DNA from: Phycisphaerae bacterium
Lineage (GTDB): Bacteria > Planctomycetota > Phycisphaerae > UBA1845 > Fen-1342
Assembly (NCBI GenBank): GCA_963675745.2
Contig: CAXXWX010000016.1
Location: forward strand, 160,001-224,000
Length of the DNA stretch: 64,000 nt
Reading direction: 5' to 3'
Under the pieces are notes generated by a model. The model made no database searches, was not told the origin of the DNA, and saw nothing but the letters and a program-made list of their open reading frames with translations. Position numbers and translations under genes: made by a program. Of the stretch, positions 10,398 through 21,700 are shown in pieces (position 1 is the stretch's first letter; each line of letters opens with the position of its first letter).

Positions 10398-12869
10398 TCA
10401 GTCGCGCCCCAATTTCGCCTTGTCCACTGCCGACAGGTCTGCATACAGCAGCATGTTGCGCATGATCCGCAGAGAACTGTCGCCGTCATAGCCGCGGCAG
10501 TCGTAAACGTCTGTGCCCAGCAGGCCGCTGCTCAAATCCAGCGGCGACACCAGCGCCGCCGCGTTGCGCTTGAGGTTGTAAGTCATCAGTCGCGGATAGC
10601 CACGTCCGCCCGCCTCCCGCCGAGCGGCGCGACGGTAGGCGACTCCCTCGAGCGACACGGCGTCGGGGATCCCGTCACCGGATACGATCGCGGCCTTGTG
10701 CGGCGCCGGCTCGGCCGACGATCGCAGGGCCTTGGTCAGGTATGTATCGAGCGCGTCGGCGAATTGACCCGCCCCGCCCGTGGCATCGGCCAGCAGTGTG
10801 CCCCCGCGCGTCAGAAAACGCTGGAGGCCGTCCAGCTCTTCTTCGCTCAGTTCGAAGGCGCCGTTGCCGGTGATGTGTGCGACCTTGAACTCGCGCAGCC
10901 TCGGCGAGTCAAGCTCAACGCCATTCTCAACGACAAGTCGCGTGGCGGCCTGGTTGTTCATGTAGTTGGCCAGACGATCCCATCCATACGGCTCGGGGTT
11001 CCACGCACCGTCATACTTGATTCGCGCCACATTGATTTCGCGCACGGGGTCGACCGCCAGACGCTCGATGTATGGGCCCTTGAGGCGGCTGCGCTGCGTG
11101 GTTTTGTCGGTCGCATAAAGGAAGATATTCACGCCCAGTTGGAAGTCTTTCTCGCGGTTACGATAGTGGTACTTGTGCCAGGCCTCGGCGATGTCGCGCG
11201 TACTGAGCAGCATGAGCGTGCGTAGACCGCTGTTCATTTCATAGATTTCCGGTGGATCATCGATCGGCGAGCGCACGTCGCCGTTGAACAGCGGATGATC
11301 GGGTGGGAGCTTTTCGAGAGCGTACTCCGGGAACATGCGTGTCGCGAGGGCTCTAAAACCCTGGGCGAAATCCTGGCTGTTGTGATCGGCCACACCGAGA
11401 ATCATGCCCCCCCGCCGGCAGTACTCACGCAACTTCGCGACCTCGGCGTCACTGAACTGCCACTCCAGCCGCCCGCACATGTACAGCACGGGTGCTTCCA
11501 TCAGGTCGGCCAGCGAGCCGTCCAGTCGCACGATCTGCCAGTTCACCAGCCGTTCGAGGCTGCGCGCCGTGTAGCGCGTCAGGCCGGCCACGTCGCGCAT
11601 CTTGTTGTTCCAGTCAGAGACGCGGACGGTCTCGACGTTCTCGTCCGAAGGCGCGCCGGGTTCCGCATTTGGTTCATCCTCGTCCCCCCATCGGCTGCGC
11701 GGACGCTCGTCGTCACGCCGCGCTTCCTCGCCGCGCCGCGGGGCGCCGCGGCGGCGGGATTCGCGCGCCGAGATTTCGCGGGTCTCGACCCACTCGTGTT
11801 CGAGCTTGTTGAACAACACCGGGGCGCGGCCGTGACAGAGGAACATCAGCCCGAAGCTGGTGTTGCGCAGGTCCGACGCGGTGAATTCCTGCCCAGCGCC
11901 GCCGCCGGGCCATGAGCCGTCGGCGCGCTGTTCACCCAGCAGGAAAGCGGCACCCTCGCGGAACCAGTCAATCTCGCGGAAATACTTCTGCCCGCTGGCG
12001 CGACCGACGCGTTCGATGCCGTAGAGGTAGTAGTATTTCCATTTCTCATCGCCGTGCGGATTGTCAACGGTGAATTCGCGCGCATACCAGTCAAGCCCAC
12101 GATCAATCGTGGCGACGAGATCGACCGCCTCGCGCGGACGATCGACGTACAGGCGATCGAGGGCCACGTACAGCGACGCCAGGCCGGCGGCGGTCATCGA
12201 TCCGGTCGTCGAGCGGCCGCGCGCGTCATATCCCCAGCCGCCATCGCCGTTCTGATTGCCCATCCAGTGCCCGGCCACCAGCTCCCAGTAGGTGTTGGCG
12301 ACGGTGGCCCCGGCGTCAGTGCCCATCCAGACGCCCAGCACGCCGTACTGCGAATTCGAATTGTCGTAGCGCGAGGTCGGCCGCCCCTTGTAGTCGTAGG
12401 CCCCCGGATGGGCGCTGTCCGCGGCACCGATGTTGTGGGCCAGCCAGTCCACATCGCGCTGAAGGTGGCGTGCGTATTTCCGCTGGGGAACGAGGGCGAG
12501 CACATGGGCGCGCGTACCCACCGTATAGGTGTGCGAAAGCTCCTGAGAAGCCAGCCACTCGAGCGAGGTGACCATATCATCAGCGAGCGGATTCTCACCG
12601 GCGTAAAGCAGGGCGAGCAGCGTCAGTCCGGTATCGCCGGCCCATACCATCGACTTCTCACCGTGGGTTTCCCAATGCCCCGACTCATTGCGCTGGGCCT
12701 TGAGCCAGGTGACGGCGTTGCGGATGGCGTCGTCGACGGCCGCGTCCGTCACGCGGTCGGCGGCTCGGGAGGCCGGCGCCGGCCAACTCACGAGCAGCAG
12801 CATCCAGATATTGAGCCAGACCGCCGCCAGGCGGACCCCCTCGCGAGGTCGGTTCCGGGGACTAATCAT
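10398..12869 (-). CDS. Secreted prenyltransferase/squalene-oxidase-repeat protein with tandem DUF4159-like domains
   Basis: Signal peptide; QW-type repeats (QNGDGGWGY, QRADGSW), DNSNSQY, YYLYGIERVG; C-terminal PVLYMCG/LREYCRRGG repeats; start uncertain. Confidence 0.8.
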   Translation of the reverse strand: MISPRNRPREGVRLAAVWLNIWMLLLVSWPAPASRAADRVTDAAVDDAIRNAVTWLKAQRNESGHWETHGEKSMVWAGDTGLTLLALLYAGENPLADDMVTSLEWLASQELSHTYTVGTRAHVLALVPQRKYARHLQRDVDWLAHNIGAADSAHPGAYDYKGRPTSRYDNSNSQYGVLGVWMGTDAGATVANTYWELVAGHWMGNQNGDGGWGYDARGRSTTGSMTAAGLASLYVALDRLYVDRPREAVDLVATIDRGLDWYAREFTVDNPHGDEKWKYYYLYGIERVGRASGQKYFREIDWFREGAAFLLGEQRADGSWPGGGAGQEFTASDLRNTSFGLMFLCHGRAPVLFNKLEHEWVETREISARESRRRGAPRRGEEARRDDERPRSRWGDEDEPNAEPGAPSDENVETVRVSDWNNKMRDVAGLTRYTARSLERLVNWQIVRLDGSLADLMEAPVLYMCGRLEWQFSDAEVAKLREYCRRGGMILGVADHNSQDFAQGFRALATRMFPEYALEKLPPDHPLFNGDVRSPIDDPPEIYEMNSGLRTLMLLSTRDIAEAWHKYHYRNREKDFQLGVNIFLYATDKTTQRSRLKGPYIERLAVDPVREINVARIKYDGAWNPEPYGWDRLANYMNNQAATRLVVENGVELDSPRLREFKVAHITGNGAFELSEEELDGLQRFLTRGGTLLADATGGAGQFADALDTYLTKALRSSAEPAPHKAAIVSGDGIPDAVSLEGVAYRRAARREAGGRGYPRLMTYNLKRNAAALVSPLDLSSGLLGTDVYDCRGYDGDSSLRIMRNMLLYADLSAVDKAKLGRD

Positions 12870-12990
12870 ACCGGCATCCTCATGCTTCCCGGCCCAACAG
12901 GTTGTTTGACCGTCCATTGGCATCCGCCTAATATTGTTGCGGACAATCGCGGTTCGTGAAGTCTGGCACATCTCGCCTGGAAGGTTACGC

Positions 12991-14229
12991 GTGGCGGACC
13001 CGTCAGAAGACACTCATATAGCGCGCCTCGTGGTAGAGCGTCAATACGCCACCTCCGAGGAGATCCGTGTCGCTACCGAGTTTCGTGAGCAGCAGGCCCA
13101 GAGCGGCCGCAGCCGGCCGCTGGGCGAAGTTCTTATCGACCTCGGATTTCTCACGCGCACACAATACCAGCGCCTGACGGGTTTTGGGAAGGAAGACTCG
13201 GGCGGTCGTCCGGCACAGCAGATCTCCGGTTATCAGATCTTAAAGAAGGTCGGCGCGGGGGCGATGGCGATTGTGTACAAGGCCCGCCAGCTCAGCCTCG
13301 ATCGCATAGTCGCGATCAAGGTTCTGCCTCGCCGCATGAGCAAGAACCAGGATTTTGTTGAGCGGTTTTATCGCGAGGGGCGGGCGGCCGCCGCTTTGAG
13401 CCACAACAACATCGTGCAGGCGATCGACGTCGGCGAGTCGGGGGGGTTCCACTATTTCGTGATGGAATTCGTCGAAGGCTGCACGGTATACGACGAGCTT
13501 GCTGACGGTAAGGTGTACTCGGAGCAGGAAGCGATCGATATCGTGACGCAGATCGCCGAAGCCCTGCTGCACGCCCACGATCGCGGCTTCATCCACCGTG
13601 ACGTGAAGCCCAAGAACATCATGCTCACACCACAGCGCGTCGCCAAGCTGGCCGATATGGGTCTGGCGCGCGAAGCGACGGATCTCGAGGCGGCGATGGC
13701 CGAGGCGGGCCGGGCTTATGGGACGCCCTACTACATCAGCCCCGAGCAGATTCGCGGCGAGGTGAACATCGACCAGCGCGCCGATCTATACTCGCTCGGC
13801 GCGACGTTTTATCACATGATCACCGGCCGCGTCCCGTTTGAGGCGCCGACGCCGTCGGCGGTCATGCACAAGCACCTGAAAGAACCGCTGACGCCACCGG
13901 ACCACATCAACACCAGCCTGACATCGGGCTGTGGTTCGATGATCGAGATGTTGATGGCCAAGAGCGCTGACGAACGCTATCCCAGTGCGCGCGAGCTGCT
14001 CGAAGACCTGGCGCTGCTGGGGCGCGGCGAGTCACCCCACTACGCCCGTCAATTCCTCGATCATGACGTGCTGAACAACCTGTCCTCGGGCGAAAACGTG
14101 ATTACCGAGGTGCCCTCCTCACGCCGCAGCCACTCGGAGGACATGGCCACGCCGTCCGTTGCGGTGATTGTGCTGGCGATCGTGGCGGGCGTCAGTCTGC
14201 TGCTGAATATCGTGCTGGCCTTGCGTTAG
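12991..14229 (+). CDS. Serine/threonine protein kinase with C-terminal TM helix
   Basis: GAGAMA, VAIK, HRDVKPKN, DMG, GTPYYISPE; hydrophobic C-terminus; probable GTG start. Confidence 0.92.
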   Translation: MADPSEDTHIARLVVERQYATSEEIRVATEFREQQAQSGRSRPLGEVLIDLGFLTRTQYQRLTGFGKEDSGGRPAQQISGYQILKKVGAGAMAIVYKARQLSLDRIVAIKVLPRRMSKNQDFVERFYREGRAAAALSHNNIVQAIDVGESGGFHYFVMEFVEGCTVYDELADGKVYSEQEAIDIVTQIAEALLHAHDRGFIHRDVKPKNIMLTPQRVAKLADMGLAREATDLEAAMAEAGRAYGTPYYISPEQIRGEVNIDQRADLYSLGATFYHMITGRVPFEAPTPSAVMHKHLKEPLTPPDHINTSLTSGCGSMIEMLMAKSADERYPSARELLEDLALLGRGESPHYARQFLDHDVLNNLSSGENVITEVPSSRRSHSEDMATPSVAVIVLAIVAGVSLLLNIVLALR

Positions 14230-14420
14230 CCCCCCTACGGCGAAACCCGCTGTCAAGCCGCCGCACAACGTCCGTATATGAGCGCTCGCTCACACGTCCG
14301 CCGTCCCGACCCGATAGAGCAATCTGTGTAGCCGGGTTGCCAAAGCGGTTGCCAACGGGTCAAATACGTGACTTTCATACCGCCCGCAGGAGTGGTGAGG
14401 TTCTCGCCAAACGCTGATAT

Positions 14421-15137
14421 ATGGATGCTCTGTTATTAGGTGGTTTGATCGCCGGCGTCGGCATCGACGAGGCGACGATGGTCGAGTGGCTGCGTGTCGC
14501 GTTCTATCCGACACTGCTCGGCATCCTCATAGTCGCCAGCCTGGGCATCCCGATCCCCGAGGACATTCCGTTGATCGCCGCCGGCGTGATCCTGGCCACG
14601 CACCCCGAGGTGGCCAGTTGGAGCGGCACGCTGCTGGTGGCGCTGTTGGGGATAATGAGCGGCGACCTGGTGCTCTACAGCTTTGGCCGATTCGTCGGGC
14701 CCGGCCTGGTCCGTCACCGACTGGTGCGTTGGATGATCACGCCCCGCCGCTTTGCGCGCACCGCGCAGCAATTCAGAAAACACGGCGCGTGGGCGTGTTT
14801 CTTCGGCCGCTTCTTTGTGGGCATTCGGGCGATGATGTGCATGACCGCCGGCGCCACCCGCTATCCATACTGGAAGTTCTTTCTGGCCGACTGTGCCGGC
14901 GCTGTGCTGTCCATTCCGCTGTTTGTCGGGCTGGGCTATTGGTTCGCCGGCATGATCCCGACGTTGCGGCGGTGGTTGGTCGGTGTCAACAGCGCGGCGC
15001 TGATCGGCGTCGTCATCCTGGTGATCGGGATAATCATCTACTGGAAGCTGCGCGGCTTCCGCCGCCTGACACGCGCATCACAGCGCGACGTGGCCGCCTT
15101 GAAAGCCTCACCGGACAACAACTCGCACGCCGCGTGA
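14421..15137 (+). CDS. DedA family membrane protein
   Basis: GIPIPED, GDLVLYSFGR, FGRFFVGIR motifs. Confidence 0.9.
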   Translation: MDALLLGGLIAGVGIDEATMVEWLRVAFYPTLLGILIVASLGIPIPEDIPLIAAGVILATHPEVASWSGTLLVALLGIMSGDLVLYSFGRFVGPGLVRHRLVRWMITPRRFARTAQQFRKHGAWACFFGRFFVGIRAMMCMTAGATRYPYWKFFLADCAGAVLSIPLFVGLGYWFAGMIPTLRRWLVGVNSAALIGVVILVIGIIIYWKLRGFRRLTRASQRDVAALKASPDNNSHAA

Positions 15138-15310
15138 TCCTGCGCGAACCGCCCCGTCGACATGACGCTTATGCCACCCGTGGACAACACGCAGTCAACA
15201 TGGGAAGCTCCCCTACCGCACCGGACCGTTAACATACCGCAGCGGTCGCGCTCAAGAGACACCGGGAACCGATGTCTACTGCCGATTCATATCAGCCGGT
15301 TTCCCGCAGC

Positions 15311-17019
15311 CTAGTACAGGTTCGCGGCGGTGAGTGCGATTACGAACGGATCGATGTCCGCGTTGTCGACAGCGCCATCGAGATTGCAGTCCGCGTTATC
15401 ACAGGGGTACTGCGTGACGTACGCGGCATGGTCTGAGAGCGCCATCAGAAACGCGTCGATGTCGCCATTGTTGAGCAGGCCATCACAGTTTGCGTCGCCG
15501 GTCACGTGCGTGAAGATGAAGACCGTGCCGTTGTAGCTGTTGCTGAACGGCTGAACGGCGAACCGAAGAGGATTTCATCCAGACCGTCATTGTTCGTGTC
15601 CGACGCGGACAGCGAAAAGCCGATGCGGTCCTGCGCGCCGCCGATGATTCGCAGGTCGGAGTCAACGTTGGCCGTAAACGTAGCGCCCGGGGAGAAATCG
15701 CGTCCCCAAAGCACCTCCACGACGCCGTTGCTGGAGGGTCCGCCGAAGCGTTCGGACGCGGCCACGTCGTCATAGCCGTCGCCGTTGAAGTCACCGGCGC
15801 TGGTTTCGGCCCCCAGGCCTTCCTGGTATTCACCGATGAACAGGAAGTCCGGAGTGGCGGTGGCATAGTCGATCAGGTGCGTACCGGTTTGATAGCTGGT
15901 CGACCCCAGCAAGCCGTAAACGAAACCGTCGCCGATCTGGTCGTCGAACACGCCGGCGTCGGCTCCGGGGGCGCCGGTTGCCAGGTCCATGATGCCGTCA
16001 TGGTTGAAATCACCGACGGCGGCTGATTCGCCGAGATCGTCATACTTGCGATATCCCAGCAGGGTTATGTCAGCCGGCGTTGTGCCCAGGTTGTAGTAGC
16101 TGGTCGTCCAGGTTGTGCGGCCACGGAAGATATGGACGGCGCCCTCGGAGTCGAAGAGGTACTGGCTGAAATAGTGGTTGGGGATGATCACGTCATCAAG
16201 GCCGTCGCCAGTGACATCGCCGGTGAGCACAAAGTCGCCGGTTTCGTCGTATCTGTCGTCGCCATAGATCGCGACGTCGTAGTTGGCACTGGAGGCAAGA
16301 TCGAGCGTCGTACCGGTGGCAAACGACTGGCCCAGCACGATGTAGACACGCCCGGTGTCGTCGGTATTGCCGTCGGCCAGATGCACGCCCAACACAATAT
16401 CGCCATAAACGTCGCCGCTGAGATTACCGATGGCGGCGGCGTGGGTGTCTCCGCCGCCGAAAGACAAGCAGGCGCCCATATCGCCGGCGGCCACCGGCCC
16501 TATGATGCGCACGTCCCATTCGCTCGTGGTGCTCAGATCGCGCGTTGGCGAGTCGAAGAAACCAGCGCCGCCATAGATGAGATACGCGATGCCGGCGTCG
16601 GCCCGGCTGCTGTAGTCGGCGAGCGACGCGCAGATCAGCAGGTCGTCAATGGTGTCGCCGTTGACGTCGCCCGTGGTGATCGAGGAGCCGAGGTTGTCGT
16701 CAAGCTGGGCCCCGATAACCACCTGATCCACTCCGCCGAGCGTCAGATCCACGAGTCCCTGCCCGTGTGTGCCGGGGCCGCCACGAATTATGTACACGTG
16801 GCTGATGACGCTGCCCCACGATTCGGACGCGGCGACGATCACCTCGTCGTACCCGTCGCCGTCGAGGTCGCCCGCCGCCAATGGTCGCCCCCAGTCCTGA
16901 TCAACGACCGGGCTGAGAAAAACCGTACCGGCGTCGGCGGCCTGGTACTCGGGCGGTGTCGCCAGGGCGGGGGATACCACCAACAGCGCAATAACGATGG
17001 TGTGAATACTGCTTCGCAC
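15311..17019 (-). pseudogene. Secreted integrin-alpha/FG-GAP repeat protein whose C-terminal dockerin-like domain is frameshifted off by an 8-bp duplication
   Basis: Signal peptide, repeated GD(L/F/V)xGDGxDD motifs in 15502..17019; dockerin-like GDANCDG in 15311..15505; GCTGAACG tandem at 15542-15557. Confidence 0.8.
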
Positions 17020-17270
17020 GACGCACTCCTGTTCCCTACCGGATCATCTTGACTGCCATGTGCAGAACTTCATTTTACCGCGCCGCAACGGTCGCCCCAA
17101 ACAAAGTCGGCGGTTGCGCGGGAGGATTTGGGCGCCGGAGGCTCAGCCGTTATCATTCGCCGTGATAATAAGGGGAAGCGCGCCAACATGGCTTCGCACC
17201 GTGACAGGTCGGCGGGCTAAGACGGTTGGGTCCACAGTGTCGGCGTATGGCTGAATGCGAAGGAGATCGT

Positions 17271-17483
17271 GTGAAATCGGCTCACCGGCGCGCGTTGGCC
17301 GTTCTTGTCGCAATCGCGCTGACCGGCGCTCTGATGGGCTGTATCGATCCCGTGGCGCTATTCGTGAAATCGCAAGCGGGCTTCTGGCCGACCGGGACGA
17401 ACGCGCTCACACGCGCGCTGTGGGACCTATTCTCCGAGCGGTCGCCAAGTGAGCGCTGGGCAGAGCTATACGGCGATCTGTGA
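17271..17483 (+). CDS. Small putative lipoprotein
   Basis: GTG start after GAAGGAG; basic N-terminus, hydrophobic stretch, lipobox-like LMGC. Confidence 0.45.
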   Translation: MKSAHRRALAVLVAIALTGALMGCIDPVALFVKSQAGFWPTGTNALTRALWDLFSERSPSERWAELYGDL

Positions 17484-17528
17484 AGGCTGCCCCCCACCGC
17501 AGACTGCAAGCCCGATGCACTGTGTCCA

Positions 17529-17599
17529 CATGCCGACGCGAACAGCCGTCGGCATGGCACCCAGATGGTCACGTCGGCATGGCACCCGGCATGGCACCC
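17529..17599. repeat. REP-like palindrome plus three GGCATGGCACCC units
   Basis: Hairpin CATGCCGACG-N8-CGTCGGCATG; GGCATGGCACCC occurs three times between convergent genes. Confidence 0.6.
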
Positions 17600-17755
17600 A
17601 GCAACCTCCGTTATGCGCCACAGTTCGGCTGTGACTTGTAACGGCCGGCGCCTCGCCGGCCGCCTGATATCGGTAGTGCCGTTCGGGGCCGACGGCCTGC
17701 GAGGCGCAGGCCGCTACAACGCTGTGGCCGCGCAGCTGTTGAACCGGCAACGGCG

Positions 17756-18715
17756 TTATCCCGCGCCCGCGAACAATATCGCCGAGCCGGCCACCGCGAC
17801 GAACGCGCCCAGCACGGCGCGCACGCTCAGGCGTTCCTTCTGAATCCATACCGCCAGCGGCAGGATGAATACCGGCGAGAGCGAGCACAGCGTTTGCGCG
17901 ATGCCCAATGGCGCCCGGTCGGATGCCACCAGCGACATCCACACGCCCAGGTACGGCCCCACAAACGCGCCACAGACCGTCAGGAAGTAACCCACGCCGC
18001 GCGATCCGCTTCGCGTCGGACTGGCCGCCACGGCCCGGCGTTTACGCTGTCGCGCGCGGTGGATGATGAATATCGGCAGGAAGCCCACGCCGGCAAACAC
18101 CATCCGCAGCAGCGTGGCGGCCTGGGGGTCCATACGCTCGCCGCAGGCAAGCCACCCATGGCCCATGCCCTGTTTACTAAGCAGCAAGCCGGCCGCTTGG
18201 CACGCCGCCCCGACAAACGCCAGGACAATCCCCCGCGCCCGGTGCCGAGTGTCCGCGGGGGTGGTTAAGGGTGGGCGTTCGAGCACGACCCAACCCACGC
18301 CGCCGATGACCAGGACAATCCCCACCCAGGCCGTAGCGTGCAGCGTCTCCCCGAGGGCCACCCATCCGAAAAACGCCGCCAGCAACGGCGACGTGGTCAT
18401 GATGAGCATGGCCATGCGCGGGCCAATGGCGACGAAGGCACTGAAGAGCGCCTGATCGCCGATCGTCAGCCCCACGATGCCCGACAGGGCCAGATACAAC
18501 ACCTGCTCAAAGCGCGCCTCGGGAACCCAGACGCCGGTGAGCAAACGGTGTGTCACGCCAAGCAGGATGATGGCCAGCGCGATGCGCGCGCCGTTGACAA
18601 ACACCGCCCCCAGCCTTCGGCCGGCGCCGGTAAACGCCAGCGACGTGAAGGTCCACAAGACGGACGTTGCCACGCCGGCGGCGGGGCCGATGTAGGGTTC
18701 CAGTGCCGGAAGCAT
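17756..18715 (-). CDS. EamA/DMT family transporter
   Basis: About 10 TM helices in two repeats; SGIVGLTIGD, LSPVFILP..KERLS. Confidence 0.9.
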   Translation of the reverse strand: MLPALEPYIGPAAGVATSVLWTFTSLAFTGAGRRLGAVFVNGARIALAIILLGVTHRLLTGVWVPEARFEQVLYLALSGIVGLTIGDQALFSAFVAIGPRMAMLIMTTSPLLAAFFGWVALGETLHATAWVGIVLVIGGVGWVVLERPPLTTPADTRHRARGIVLAFVGAACQAAGLLLSKQGMGHGWLACGERMDPQAATLLRMVFAGVGFLPIFIIHRARQRKRRAVAASPTRSGSRGVGYFLTVCGAFVGPYLGVWMSLVASDRAPLGIAQTLCSLSPVFILPLAVWIQKERLSVRAVLGAFVAVAGSAILFAGAG

Positions 18716-18768
18716 GTTCGCGGATCATACCCGCAGACGGCAACCCGGGTCGCCTCCGCGGGCGACTG

Positions 18769-21700
18769 CTATTTATCCGCTTCCGGGATCCCCATGCCGC
18801 TGCGATCCGGATATGCCGGCCGGGTCGGCGGCGTGTACGGGCTACGCTTGATTTCGTCGAGCATCAGTCCGATGGCCGCCTCGAGCTGCGGGTCTGATCC
18901 GTCTACCATCAGGGCCGGATCATCGACGACCTCCTGGTCCGGATCGACGCCATGGCCTTCGATGCCCCAGGTGCCGTCGAGGTCGTAATAGGCAAAGCGC
19001 GGCACGGTCAGGTAGGTGCCGTCGAGTAATCCCGGATTTCCGGAGATGCCCACCAGGCCGCCCCACGTGCGCGTGCCGATGAGCTTCCCGAGCCCCGCGT
19101 TGCGGAAATACGCGGGGAACGCGTCGCCGCCCGAGCCCGCCAACCCATTGATCAGCATGCACTTCGGACCCTGGTGCGCGTCGCCCGGGCTCGGCGCATC
19201 GTAGCTGTCGCGCTGGGCCCAGTAGTTGACCACCGGGCGATTGAGCAGCTCGACAAACCGATGTGGAATCTGCCCACCACCGTTCCAACGCTCGTCGATA
19301 ATCAGGGCGGCCTTGTCGATCTGACCGTAGAACTGGCGGAAGAGCTCGTTCTGCCCACCGCCGCCGGTATCGGGCACGTAGATATAGCCGACCTTTCCGG
19401 CGGTGCTCTCGGCGACGTGTCGGCGATTGGCCTCTACCCACGCCCGATAGCGCAGGTTGTCCTCGCTGGAGAGGAGCTTGACGACCAGGTCGCGCGGCTC
19501 CTCGGACTCGGGCGAGTCAGCGACGGTCAGCGTCACAACCTGGTTTGCCAGACCCACAAACGCGGCCCAAGGATCTTCGGCCGGGTCGAGCTTGATGTCA
19601 TTGACCGCGAGAAGAAAGTCACCCACTTTGGCCTCGACGCCCGGCTGACTTAGCGGCCCGCGCGCGTCGGCGTCGAACGGTCCGCCGGTGTAGAGCTTCC
19701 TAATCCGGTAGGCTCCATCGGCCAGTTCGAAATCGCACCCCAGCATGCCGACGTTGACGCTTGGCCCGCTCTCGTAATCTCCGTGCATGTAATAAGCGTG
19801 GCCGACGTTCAGCTCGGAGATCATCTCGCGGATCAGAAATGCCAGGTCATCACGTGAGACGCAGTCCGCCAGCATCTGGCCGTACAGCGCGCGGACAGCG
19901 GGCCAGTCGACGCCGTGCATGTGCGGGTCGTAGAAATAGTCGCGATAGATGCGCCAGGCCTCGTTGAACATCTGCTCCCATTCGGCGCGCGGGTCGATCG
20001 TGATCCGCATGCCGCCCGTGGGAACGGTTTTGTCCATCTTCTGGCCGGCGGCGGCCTTGATGACCGCCAGCTTGCCGCTCTTGTGTACCAGCAACATCTT
20101 GCCGTCGGCGGTGATCGCGAAATGGCCGGCGTCGGCGAGCACGTTCTTTTCCTCGCGTTTTTCGTCTTCCAGATCGAAGATCTTGATCGCCGTCTTTACG
20201 CCCGGGCCACGCCCGGAACGCGTGTAAAGCAGATGGCCCTTGTGGTTTACCGCGAGTGAACGGAAGTGGCCGCGATCGAGCGGCAGAATAATCGCGCGGG
20301 ACTCGAATCCGTCCAGGTCGATCTCGAGCGGCTCCTCTTCTTCCTCAGCCTCCTCGTCACTCTCTTCGTCCTTGTCTTCGCCGTCCTTGTCTTCTTCATC
20401 ATCGGCTGAGTCATCAGCGGCGGCATTCTCTGGGTCTTCATCGTCCGCAGTGTCATCGGCAGCGTCGTCGGCGCCATCCTCTCCGCCGCCGGAGTCCTCA
20501 GCCTCGTCACCCTCATCGTCGGCGTCATCATCACCGTCGCCATCATCCGCGTCATCCGCGTCTTCGGCGTCATCTTCGCCATCCGCCTCGTCCCATTCCT
20601 CTTCGTCGCTCTTGGGTGCAAACGGTGACTTCATATCAGCGCGCAACGGCACGACCATCAGGCGATTCGTGTTCGTGTAGACGAATGAACGCCCCGCATC
20701 CTCGTAAAGCGGCCCGCTGAAATCGCGCGCGCTGACGTAGAAGAGGTAATCGCCCTCCCGGTCAAACGTCGGCCACGTATCGTTGAACATGCCGCTGGTG
20801 ACCTGGTGCTTGTCGCCCGAGGCGAGGTTGTAGAGCCAGACCGACGTCACCTGGTTGCGGCCGTCCTTGCCATAGGCGATCCACGACGAGTCGTGTGACC
20901 AACTGCCCTGCCGTAGCGTCGACCAGGGGTCCTTGTCGACGAACTTCACCTCTTCGGTTTCCAACGTGTACAGGTACAGCGACCCCGTGCGATCCCCGAA
21001 CAGAATGTGCTCCGAATTCGGCGACCAACTGATGAGTGTTCTGAAGACGGTGCCGTCGTGGGTGAGTTGGCGCGTCTCGCCCTTGCCGTCTGATTGCGTG
21101 ATATACAGCTCGTACTCGCCGGTCTGATCCGAGAAATACGCAATCCAACGGCCGTCGGGGCTCCACTCCGGCTCGCGCTCGTGGATGCCGTTCGTGCGTG
21201 TCAGGCTGCGTGGTGAGCCATGCTCCGCCGGCAGTGTCCAGATATCACCGCGCGCCTCGGCCACGGCGCGTTTGCCACTGGGCGAGATGTTCGCGCGACG
21301 AATGGCATTGCTGACATCCACAACCTGCTGGCGCACCTTGGGCAGCTCACCGGGAATGGTGATCGAGACCTTGCGCAGTTTCTCGGTCGCAAGGTCGAGC
21401 AGGTGCAGGTCAGCGCCCTGCTGCAAGACAATCTCGCCGGCGCCGCTCGGGCCGGGACCAATCGACGGCCACTTCACGTCATAGTCGGCGAACTTGGTCA
21501 CCTGGTGGCGTTGCCGCGTTTGCGTGTCATACACCCAGATGTTCAGCCGGTGCGCCGGGCCGGCGTCGCAAAGGTAGTAGACCTTGGAACCGTGCCACAT
21601 CGGCTGTGTGTCGGTGCCCTCCCAATCGGTGATCTTCTGCGATGTGTGCTCGGCCAGGTGGAACAGCCAGATATCCGTCGCCATCCCACCGCGATAACGC

